A stretch of 64,000 bases of DNA, taken from an uncultured Bacilli bacterium. Lineage in GTDB: Bacteria; Bacillota_I; Bacilli_A; RF39; UBA660. The stretch covers positions 450-64,449 of the forward strand of contig CALVVS010000001.1 in assembly GCA_944363925.1 (NCBI GenBank), written 5' to 3'. Positions 1-9,146 of the stretch are shown here, piece by piece. How positions within the stretch are numbered: position 1 is the first letter of the stretch; the number at the start of each line of letters is the position of its first letter. Both the position numbers and the translations under genes were made by a program. Below the pieces are notes generated by a model. The model was not told the DNA's origin, made no database searches, and worked only from the letters and a program-made list of their open reading frames with translations.

Positions 1-3000
1 GATGGTCCATCATGTTTCATTGCCTCACTAATCGCTTTTATCGTCTGCATCATATTAGCCCCAAGTGATACCTGCGCCACATAAACATTTGGATAAGCCA
101 TTGCTATCCTAGCAAAATCTTTTTTGTAATTCTTCTTTCCGTGAGATGCAAACTGCGCCACCATACCTTCCGGCGTCGCCTTCGAAGCCTGACCACCAGT
201 ATTTGAATATACCTGCGTATCTAAAACTAAAATATTAATATTATCTCCACTAGACAAAACATGGTCAATTCCACCAAAACCAATATCATATGCCCAGCCA
301 TCGCCACCGATAGCCCACACGTTTTTAGCAATAATATAGTTCTTAAGTTCCCTTAATCGTGGATGTTTATCATAATTAACCTTGTCATAAACCTCTTTCG
401 TAGTAGCATAATCATTAGAATTATTAAGCCACTTATCAAATAGTTCATCCCTATTATTAAGCATATACTCCCTAACCATATTCTTGCCATACTCAAAACC
501 ACTTAACATACCATAGCCAAATTCCGCATTATCCTCAAATAAACTGTTAGCCCATGAAACACTGTATGGCGCATTTGGAAGCTCCCCTCCATAAATAGAA
601 GAACATCCTGTCGCATTCGCAATCACTAAACTGTCCGAAGCAAGCTGCGTAAGTAACTTAATATAAGCTGTCTCCCCGCATCCTGCACAAGCTCCATGAA
701 AAGCAAACTTAGGAGAAATAAGTTGACTTCCCTTAATAGTCTCCTTCTTAAAATTATCCTTAACAGAAACATTTTTAACCAAATAATCAAAAATCAAATC
801 ATTTTTACTATCCGCAAGCTTGCCAAAAGCCAAAGCCTTTTGGCCTCTCAAACCAGGACATGTATTTATACACACCCCGCATCCCGTACAATTCTTCGCC
901 GAAATACCAATAATATAATAATAATTAGGCGCACCAAACGCCGGCTTGCACCTTTCCTTAACATATAAAGGCGCTTTTTCATACTCCAAAGCATCAAGTA
1001 AAAATGGTCTAATAACCCCATGTGGACACACAAGCGAACACATACTGCACTGCGTACAATTTTCTAAAATCCATTCAGGCACAAACTCCGCAATATTCTG
1101 CATCTCAGGTTCCGTATGTATAAACGTTCCGTCTTCATGTCCCTTAAAATCAGAAACCTTAAGTTCATTACCCTTCCTGTGCTCCAAAGCTGAATAAATA
1201 TCATAAACATCAAAATTAAGCTCCGCATCCACATCATCTAACTCTATCTTTCTAAATGAAACATCCTGCAAAGCCGCAATATTATTTAAAGCAACCTCCT
1301 TGCTTTTAACCCCAAACTTTCTCATAACATAATCTTCAAGTTTAAGTAAAGCCTTATCCGTATCCACAAAATCGATAAACTCAAACATCGCTCTTTCCAT
1401 AATCATACTTATCTTCCGGCCCAAATTATGCTTTCTAGCAATCCCATCCGCATCAATCACATATACCGAAATATCATTATTCCTCAAAAACTTCTTATAT
1501 CCCTTTAAAGCCTCCAAAAGAGCAGTATCATCCATAGACGTATTTATCAAAAGTGTGCCACCATGTTTAAGTTTAGTAACTGCATCAAATAAAGATAAAT
1601 AAGTATCCTTAGCAATAAGCACTAATTCAGCACTATTCACAAAATAAGTCGACCTTATAGGTCTATCTGCAAACCTTAAATGACTGCAGGTCACACCACC
1701 TGACTTTTTAGAATCATACTCAAAATATCCTTGAACATACTTGTCCTCGCAAATACTAAGTAATGACTTGCTAGAACTAATCATCCCATCACTGCCATAG
1801 CCATACACTAAAGCCTCAAAACAGTCATTAATATCAATATCATCATAATTCAAACTCAAATTAGTCACATCATCGTCAATACCAATTGTAAACTCTTCCT
1901 TCGGTTCATCCAGCATATCATAAATAGCCTTAATCATGCCAGGTGTAACATCCTTACTAGAAAGGCCATAACGACCATGACAAATAACAATATCTTTACC
2001 CTTCAAACAGCTAACCACATCTAAATATAAAGGCTCACCCGCACTACCAGCTTCCTTAGTCCTATCTAATACCGCAATCTTACTTACACTATCAGGTAAA
2101 ACATCTAATAAAAACTCCGCACTAAAAGGCCTATATAAATGAACCTCAATAAGACCAATCTCTGAAGAAGAAAAATCTATAAACTCCTTAATCGTCTCAC
2201 AAACAGACCCCATAGCTACAATAACCTTCTTAGCCTTTAAAGATCCATAATAATTAAAAGGTTTATAATTAGTCCCCGCAAGCGCATTTATCTTATCCAT
2301 ATAATCTTTAACAATCAAAGGTACCCTATCATAAAACCTATTCCTCGACTCCGTCTCCTGAAAATAAATATCTCCATTTTGATTAGTACCCCTAGTAACC
2401 GGTGCCTCATTATTTAAAGCTCTCTCCCTAAACTCTTCTAGTTTTTCCACCTGAATAAGCTTTTTAATTTCCAAATTATCAAGTAAATTTATCTTATTAA
2501 GTTCATGACTAGTTCTAAAACCATCAAAGAAATGTAAAAATGGCAAAGAAGCTTCTATACTAGCTAAATGACTAACTAAAGCCAAATCATAAGCCTCCTG
2601 AACAGAAGACGATGCCAGCATACAAAAACCCGTACTCCTAGTCGCATAAATATCCTGATGGTCCCCAAAAATGCTAAGAGCATGCGTCGCCAAAGAACGC
2701 GCCGCCACATGAATAACACAAGGCAGCATCTCACCTGCAATCTTATACATATCTGGAATCATCAAAAGTAAGCCTTGACTAGCTGTATAAGTCGAAGCTA
2801 AAACACCCATCTGTAAAGCACCATGCACTAAGCCAATAGCCCCCGCTTCACTTTGCATCTCTATAACCTTTGGTACTGTTCCAAATATATTTTCTCTGCC
2901 TTCTGCTGACCACTTGTCAATAAGCTCTGGCATCGGACTAGAAGGGGTAATCGGATATATTCCAAGCACCTCACTAAACAAATACGAAGCCTGCACGCAA

Positions 3001-3031
3001 GCTTCATTACCATCACAAACTATCTGTTTCA
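1..3031 (-). CDS. nifJ: Pyruvate:ferredoxin (flavodoxin) oxidoreductase. The N-terminal roughly 1010 aa are present; the C-terminus runs off the window edge.
   Basis: Minus-strand translation from ATG at 3029-3031 (RBS GGGAGTG upstream) gives MKQIVCDGNEACVQASYLFSEVLGIYPITPSSPM. Downstream are two ferredoxin-type Cys clusters (CTGCGVC..CP) and the TPP motif GGDGWAYDIGFGG near nt 300. It is not in the ORF track because there is no stop codon within the window. Confidence 0.9.
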
Positions 3032-3043
3032 TATAATCACTCC

Positions 3044-3466
3044 CTATTTATGACAATCATCATCTGGATTGACAAAATTAACCGTATATTCAAAATCACT
3101 ACCATTACTAGTTGTAATAACCACGCTGTCACCATCCGCATAAGGCTCATCTGTCATTGGATTTTCTAACTCATCTTCTATATAGCCACCTTTAATAACC
3201 TGACCATTAATCTCACCGCCATCGTGTAATACACTAACCGCAATCGAAACTGACCCCGAAGCATCCGGAAGTATCTCAGGATAATCAATAGCCACCATCT
3301 TCGCCGCATCTATCAAATTAGTCTTTTGAACAGTGCAAGTATCAAACCGGCTTTGTTTCAAATTACTATCAATCGCTCCTACTGCTATAAGCCCTAAAAT
3401 ACTTAAAATAACAATAACTCCAAGTAACTCCGCCAAAGTAAAGCCATTGCGTAAAGCCTTCTTCAA
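3044..3466 (-). CDS. Type IV pilin/pseudopilin-like protein of 140 aa, either fused in frame to the rpe 3' end or started internally at TTG 3464-3466.
   Basis: The C-terminal 140 aa of ORF 3044..4081 read (L/M)KKALRNG-FTLAELLGVIVILSILGLIAVGAI. This is a class III (prepilin) signal: short basic leader, Gly, Phe+1, Glu+5, hydrophobic helix. It ends with a Cys-containing globular part (..TCTVQ..DDDCHK). AGG lies 9 nt upstream of the TTG. Confidence 0.6.
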   Translation of the reverse strand: MKKALRNGFTLAELLGVIVILSILGLIAVGAIDSNLKQSRFDTCTVQKTNLIDAAKMVAIDYPEILPDASGSVSIAVSVLHDGGEINGQVIKGGYIEDELENPMTDEPYADGDSVVITTSNGSDFEYTVNFVNPDDDCHK

Positions 3467-4081
3467 TTTATAAACCTGACTCTGATAATTATCACTATCC
3501 GTAATAAATGAACCAGCCACTACTATATCAGCTTTTTTAACCAGCCTTATAGTCGTATCATTAATACCGCCATCAACCTCTATCAAATAAGATAAATTAT
3601 TCTCTTTTCGGTAGTGCAAAAGAATATCAAGCCTTTCCGTAATATCGATAAAAGACTGCCCGCCAGCTCCCGCCTTGACACTCATCACTAAAACTAAATC
3701 TATTATATCTAAATATGGATAAATATCCTCAAAATTACTCTTCGGATTAATCGCTAGACCCGCTTTAATTCCTTTTCCGTGAATATAATTAATAACATCT
3801 AAAACATCATCTGCCACCTCAATATGAAAAATAATATAACTAGGTTTTAAAAGTGCCACCTCATCGACATACTTTTTAATATCCTCAACCATTAAATGAA
3901 CATCAAAAGGCTTTTTTAAAGATAAAATTGCACCTTTCATTTTATCCAAAGATAAAGTCGCCTTCTCTGTAAACTTTCCATCCATAATATCAAAGTGAAT
4001 TAAATCACAAACTCTATCTAACTCCCTTATCTTCTCAAAATCATTTTGAATTTTCAAAAAAGACCCCGCAACCTTAACCAT
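3467..4081 (-). CDS. rpe: Ribulose-phosphate 3-epimerase. This is the Rpe portion of a 345-aa ORF that continues in frame into a pilin-like domain.
   Basis: MVKVAGSFLKIQNDFEKIRELDRVCDLIHFDIMDGKF..., HLMVEDIKKY, SVKAGAGGQSF, EVDGGIND are a typical Rpe TIM-barrel. It sits after rsgA, as in the Bacillus yloN-prpC-prkC-cpgA-rpe operon. Confidence 0.85.
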
Positions 4082-4093
4082 TTAATAATCACC

Positions 4094-4921
4094 TCATTTT
4101 AAGAAATTCACATAGTTATCATATCTGCTTTTTAAAATTGTCCCATCTAAAACCTTTTCTTTCACTAAACACTTTTTCTCGTGAATATGAAAGCAATCTC
4201 TAAACTGACAGCCATCTCTGTAAAGATTAAACTCTGTAAAATTATCCTTAATATCCTCTTTACTCATGCCAGTAAACTCCAAAGCCGAAAAGCCAGGTGT
4301 GTCAGCCACCATCCCATCGCATAACTCTATCAGCTCCGTATGCCGAGTAGTATGCTTACCTCTGTTTAAAGCAAGCGAAATCTCTCCAGTTTTAAGCTTT
4401 AAATTAGGACTAATTCTATTAAGTAAAGTCGATTTCCCAGCTCCACTTTGACCAGTAAACGCACAAACTTTTCCAGCAAAAACCTTTTTAATAGCTGAAA
4501 TATCATCGTTCATATAAACCTCATAACCAATTTTATCATAATAATCAATTATCGGTTTTATTTTTTCCATTTCTAAATCACTAAGCAAATCAGCCTTTGT
4601 AAAAACAATCACTGGTTTAACCCTATTATATTCACAAATAACCAAAAATTTGTCGAGTAAATTAGACGAAAAATCTGGTCTTTTCAAGCTTGTAATAATA
4701 AACATTACATCCACATTCGCAATCGCTGGCCTATGAAATTCATTTCGTCTAGGTAAAATATCTAAAATATATTTATCCTCTAAATCAAATATAACCTCAT
4801 CGCCAACAATCGGTGAAAGGCCGAGATTTCTAAACTTTCCCCTAGCCTTACACACAAAATCACCTTCACTACATCTTACCGTATAATCATTGCTTATCTG
4901 TTTAATAATCTTTCCTTGCAT
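4094..4921 (-). CDS. rsgA: Ribosome small-subunit-dependent GTPase A (RsgA/CpgA/YloQ)
   Basis: Circularly permuted GTPase with G4 TKADLL before G1 GQSGAGKSTLLN. It has the C-terminal zinc motif CQFRDCFHIHEKKC. Confidence 0.9.
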   Translation of the reverse strand: MQGKIIKQISNDYTVRCSEGDFVCKARGKFRNLGLSPIVGDEVIFDLEDKYILDILPRRNEFHRPAIANVDVMFIITSLKRPDFSSNLLDKFLVICEYNRVKPVIVFTKADLLSDLEMEKIKPIIDYYDKIGYEVYMNDDISAIKKVFAGKVCAFTGQSGAGKSTLLNRISPNLKLKTGEISLALNRGKHTTRHTELIELCDGMVADTPGFSALEFTGMSKEDIKDNFTEFNLYRDGCQFRDCFHIHEKKCLVKEKVLDGTILKSRYDNYVNFLK

Positions 4922-4924
4922 CTA

Positions 4925-6649
4925 TTACATATCTCCAGTATCCTGCGGTTCTGTAGCCGTACCTTCTTCTGGTACCGGAACTTCAGGATTTTTAACTACT
5001 TTTATACGTAAATTAGCTCCTTTACTAACCTTACTACCTGCCTGCATATTTTGATACACAACCGTACCATTAGACTTCGTCGTATCTACAACTTCCGTCA
5101 CATTAAGCGTAAGTCCATGTTCATCGCAAAACTTCTTAACATCATCTTGAGTATAAGTTCCATCAGTAAAATTAGGATAACTTACATATATATTTGGAAT
5201 AACAAATGTAATCGTATCATCTTCACCAAGTTTTGTACCAGGTTTTACATCTTGCTCCAAAATAGTATTTTCTTTAACATTTTCATCCGTCGAAACATCC
5301 TTATAATCACTTAAAACCCGAATGCCCGCTTCTTCTAGCTCTTCTTTAACCTTATCAAAATCTTCACCAGTATAATCTTCTATTTCAATCTTCTCAGAAC
5401 CAGTCGAAATAATAAGTGAAACCGAAGAACCTTCCTTCAAACTCTCCCCAATCTCTGGGTCTGTACCAATAACCTTACCTTCTTCAACCTCGTCACTAGC
5501 CTCTTTCTTTCGCTTACCAGCAACTTCAAAGCCCTTATCTTCCAAAGTAGACTCTGCTTGTTTTACTGTCATACCTTGAACATCAGGAATATCTATATAA
5601 GGCTTTTCCGAAATCTTCGGCCATATTATAAACACAAATATAAGTGCCGCAATAAGTACTCCAACTATTGAACCCACAATAATAAGCGCCTTATTCATCC
5701 TCTTATCTTTCTTATTTTCACCTTTCTGCGCATTTCTAGCTGCCCTACCTTGTTTTGGCATACCCTCATCATCGTCAAAACCCTTTTCCTTATACTTATA
5801 TACTACCTTAGGCTCATTAAATCTATCCTTATCTAAAGCCGTTTCCAAATCTTCATGCATCTCATAAGCCGAATCATAACGGTTCTTTGGATTTTTAGCC
5901 GATGCTCTTAAAATAATATTCTCAATCGATTGTGGCATTTCTGGGTCGTATTCACAAATACTTGGAATTGGCTCGTTCATATGTTTAATAGCCACTTCAA
6001 CTGGATTGTCACCTTTAAAAGGCACATGACCAGTCACAAGCTCATACATCAAAATACCAAGTGAATATATATCACTTTTAATCGTTGCTGCCCCTCCATT
6101 AGCTTGCTCAGGCGGGATATAATAAACCGTTCCCATCACACTATTAGTCTGCGTAAATTCACCCGCATTAAGAGCCACCGCAATTCCAAAATCCATTATT
6201 TTAACTCTACCGTCTTCCAAAATAATCACATTTTGTGGTTTAATATCACGGTGAATAATATAACTCTCATGCGCATGCGCCACCGCACTCGTAAGCTGAA
6301 GCATAATATCCACAACTTCCGGTAAAGTAAGACTACCTCTTTTTTTAATAAGCTGTTTTAAAGTAAGACCCTGAACATATTCCATAACAATAAAATACTT
6401 TCCATTGTCCTCCCCAACATCATAAACCTCCACAATATTTGGATCATTTAAAGAACTAGCTGAAATAGCCTCCCTTTGAAAACGCCTAACAAACTTTTCA
6501 TCTTCAGCTAAATCACCTCTCAAAATCTTAACCGCTACTTTTCTATCCAAAATAGTATCCTGCGCTAAATAAACATTGGCCATACCACCTTCGCCAATAG
6601 ACCTAATAATTTCATAACGATCATTAATAAGTTGTCCCCTTGTTATCAT
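4925..6649 (-). CDS. prkC: Ser/Thr protein kinase with a transmembrane segment and three C-terminal PASTA repeats (PrkC/StkP family)
   Basis: Kinase motifs GEGGMANVY, VAVKIL, HRDIKPQNV, DFGIA. A TM helix (LIIVGSIVGVLIAALIFVFII) is followed by PASTA-like repeats. Confidence 0.9.
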   Translation of the reverse strand: MITRGQLINDRYEIIRSIGEGGMANVYLAQDTILDRKVAVKILRGDLAEDEKFVRRFQREAISASSLNDPNIVEVYDVGEDNGKYFIVMEYVQGLTLKQLIKKRGSLTLPEVVDIMLQLTSAVAHAHESYIIHRDIKPQNVIILEDGRVKIMDFGIAVALNAGEFTQTNSVMGTVYYIPPEQANGGAATIKSDIYSLGILMYELVTGHVPFKGDNPVEVAIKHMNEPIPSICEYDPEMPQSIENIILRASAKNPKNRYDSAYEMHEDLETALDKDRFNEPKVVYKYKEKGFDDDEGMPKQGRAARNAQKGENKKDKRMNKALIIVGSIVGVLIAALIFVFIIWPKISEKPYIDIPDVQGMTVKQAESTLEDKGFEVAGKRKKEASDEVEEGKVIGTDPEIGESLKEGSSVSLIISTGSEKIEIEDYTGEDFDKVKEELEEAGIRVLSDYKDVSTDENVKENTILEQDVKPGTKLGEDDTITFVIPNIYVSYPNFTDGTYTQDDVKKFCDEHGLTLNVTEVVDTTKSNGTVVYQNMQAGSKVSKGANLRIKVVKNPEVPVPEEGTATEPQDTGDM

Positions 6650-7383
6650 AAATTATCCTCCTTTTGTAAATAAGCAACTGTTATATTGTCTGTTCCACCT
6701 CGATTATTAGCTTTATTAATTAATTTTTGTACCTTCGCATCAATATCTAAATCACTATCTAAAACCGCTTCAATCTGCTTTTCGTCAAGCATATTTGTAA
6801 GCCCATCACTGCAAAGAAGTATCGCATTTACATCTCTTTCAACATCGAAAATATCCATCTCTACTGATATATTCGCTCCAAGTGCTCGCATCAAAACATT
6901 CTTTCGTGGATGATCCTTAGCCTCTTCTTCCGTAATTTCTCCTGATTTTACAAGTAAATTAACCAAAGTGTGATCATTTGTTATCTTATATATTTTTCTG
7001 TCTTTAATCACAAAACCAGAAGAATCACCAATATTTCCAAATAGTAAAAATTCGTCCGTCAAAAGTGCCATCACAATAGTCGTTCCCATACCAACACTTT
7101 CAGGGTTATCTTCCGTATACTTATATAAAAGCATATTAGCCTCACTGACAATCTCCTTAAGAAAATTAATTGCCTCATCTTTTGTCCCAACCCTAGAAGA
7201 ATCTGTAAACCTCTTACCAATATGTGTAATCGCAATTGACGAAGCAATTTCGCCGCCTTTGTGACCACCCATACCATCAGCTACTGCCATAAGTATTTCA
7301 CCAGCTGCATTTTTTACAACCGTTACACTATCTTCATTATGATCCCGAACTTGTCCAGCATCAGTTAAATATGAAAATTCCAT
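6646..7383 (-). CDS. prpC: PP2C-family Ser/Thr phosphatase (PrpC/Stp)
   Basis: MEFSYLTDAGQVRDHNEDS, ADGMGGHKGGEIAS, DGLTN. There is a 4-nt overlap with prkC. Confidence 0.9.
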   Translation of the reverse strand: MEFSYLTDAGQVRDHNEDSVTVVKNAAGEILMAVADGMGGHKGGEIASSIAITHIGKRFTDSSRVGTKDEAINFLKEIVSEANMLLYKYTEDNPESVGMGTTIVMALLTDEFLLFGNIGDSSGFVIKDRKIYKITNDHTLVNLLVKSGEITEEEAKDHPRKNVLMRALGANISVEMDIFDVERDVNAILLCSDGLTNMLDEKQIEAVLDSDLDIDAKVQKLINKANNRGGTDNITVAYLQKEDNL

Positions 7384-8405
7384 TATTTTTCCTCCTCAAA
7401 ATTACTCCGTAATTGCCCGCAGGCTGCACTTACTTCACTGCCAAATTCCCTGCGCACTGTCACATTTATTTTACTTTTCTTAAGTATATCATAAAAATCC
7501 ATTATTTTATCCTTATCTGTCTTTTTAAATTCAATATGACTTGTCTCATTATAAGGAATTAAATTCACATAAGCTGTCATACCACGTATTAAAGACGCAA
7601 GCTCCAAAGCACACTCATCACTATCATTAATTCCTTTTAACATAATATATTCAAAAGTCACCTTTCTATTAGTAACCTTCAAATAATCTCGCACCGCCGC
7701 CATAACATCTTTCAAAGGATAAACCTTGTTAATACGCATAAGCTTACTTCTAAGTTCATCGTTAGGAGCGTGCAGACTAATAGCTAAATTAACCTGCCTT
7801 TTTTCTTTAGTAAACTCCCTTATCTTAGGCACAATACCGCATGTTGATACCGTAATATGTCTAGCCCCAATCGCCATACCATAATCACTATTTATAATAT
7901 CGATAAACCTCATCACATTGTCATAATTATCAAAAGGCTCACCTATTCCCATTAAAACCACATGTGAAATTCGGCACCCTAACTCTGCCTCAGCCATAAG
8001 AACCTGTAAAACCATCTCATAAGTCTCTAAATTACGAACCTTTTTAAGTCTTCCACTTTCACAAAAAGCACATCCCATATTACAGCCAACTTGCGTCGAA
8101 ACACATAAACTATTACCATAATCATGATTCATTAAAACCGCTTCAACCTTTTGACCATCAGCTAAACCAAATAAATATTTATGAACATCTTTGCCACTTT
8201 GAACCTTTAAAATAGAAAGCTTATCCATATCAAAGTCTTCTTTTAATTTTTCTATAACGCTTTTTTTAATATTACTCATCTCATCAAAAGAATTAACTCT
8301 TTTCTTATAAAGCCAATCATATACCTGAATAGCTTTAAACTTCTTTTCACCAATATCTGTAAAATATTTTTCCAAATCTTCAAGCGATTTTCCATATATG
8401 TTCAT
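7383..8405 (-). CDS. rlmN: 23S rRNA (A2503-C2)/tRNA methyltransferase RlmN (radical SAM). The likely start is the internal Met (MNIYGK...) with RBS AGGTGA; the ORF track extends to 8441.
   Basis: CVSTQVGCNMGCAFCESG radical-SAM cluster and MGIGEP motif. Position matches yloN in the Bacillus operon. Confidence 0.9.
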   Translation of the reverse strand: MNIYGKSLEDLEKYFTDIGEKKFKAIQVYDWLYKKRVNSFDEMSNIKKSVIEKLKEDFDMDKLSILKVQSGKDVHKYLFGLADGQKVEAVLMNHDYGNSLCVSTQVGCNMGCAFCESGRLKKVRNLETYEMVLQVLMAEAELGCRISHVVLMGIGEPFDNYDNVMRFIDIINSDYGMAIGARHITVSTCGIVPKIREFTKEKRQVNLAISLHAPNDELRSKLMRINKVYPLKDVMAAVRDYLKVTNRKVTFEYIMLKGINDSDECALELASLIRGMTAYVNLIPYNETSHIEFKKTDKDKIMDFYDILKKSKINVTVRREFGSEVSAACGQLRSNFEEEK

Positions 8406-8526
8406 AATTATCACCTTATATTTAATTATAACAAAATTCAAAAAAAAATAATAGAATTACTATATTTTTTATCATAAGTTCTATTACTTTTTAAATTAAT
8501 AACCTCTTATTTGACAATATATTTAC

Positions 8527-8745
8527 CTATTTTACAAAATTCATTACTATACATATAACAAAGAAAGCCACACCAAGTAATGCTGTAAGTCTAGTTATAA
8601 ATAACTCTCCGCCTCTTTCTTTACGATTTGCAAAAAGTTCATCATTACCACCTAATATATTACTAGAAGGACTTACCGCTTTTCCACTTTGTAAAAGTAC
8701 AATAGCAATTAATAAAATAGATACAATAATTAAAAGTATTTTCAT
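8527..8745 (-). CDS. secG: Preprotein translocase subunit SecG
   Basis: 72 aa with two TM helices and LLQSGKAVS..GG glycine-rich loop typical of SecG. Confidence 0.8.
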   Translation of the reverse strand: MKILLIIVSILLIAIVLLQSGKAVSPSSNILGGNDELFANRKERGGELFITRLTALLGVAFFVICIVMNFVK

Positions 8746-8876
8746 AGTATCCCTCCAACTTCTAATAATTTACCATAAAATAAAGGAAAAATCAACAATC
8801 TATAAAAGAAAAACTCACTAATTAAAAATTATTCTTATATTTCCAAAATAAAATTGGAAAATTTCAAATTCCAATT

Positions 8877-9077
8877 TTATTTTTCTTTGATTTTAATTAA
8901 ACCTTTGTTAATTTCCTCTAAAGCCCTGCCAATATTTTTAGAACTTTTATACTCATTTTCTTTCATTTGATAATAACTAGTTTCATCCATTTCTTTAGCG
9001 CGCTTAGAAGCCACATTAACAAGTAAGTATTTTGACTCAATTTTTTGTAGTAATGCATCAATTGATGGAAATATCAT
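8877..9077 (-). CDS. rpoZ: DNA-directed RNA polymerase omega subunit
   Basis: 66 aa, MIFPSIDALLQKIESKYLLVNVASKRAKEM, matching the RpoZ consensus (M.YPSID.LL.K..SKY.LV.VAAKRAR). Confidence 0.85.
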   Translation of the reverse strand: MIFPSIDALLQKIESKYLLVNVASKRAKEMDETSYYQMKENEYKSSKNIGRALEEINKGLIKIKEK

Positions 9078-9146
9078 AACTACCCCTCCTATTTAAAATA
9101 TATACCACTTTGCAAAAAAACACAATAAAAACCCCAAAACTTGACA

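Noticed and set aside
696-1197. Plus-strand ORFs 696..968 and 946..1197 from the six-frame track
   Set aside because: They lie entirely inside the minus-strand PFOR coding region, which has clear ferredoxin and TPP motifs. Their products are low-complexity and they are antisense frames.
4266-6325. Small antisense ORFs inside rsgA and prkC (4266..4451, 5051..5314, 6104..6325)
   Set aside because: They are embedded in well-supported genes on the other strand, with no RBS or conservation cues. These are typical AT-rich antisense frames.
8745-8877. Inverted repeat aaattggaa..ttccaattt between secG and rpoZ as a regulatory site
   Set aside because: Position and flanking T-run fit a simple rho-independent terminator of rpoZ. 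Nothing further to report.
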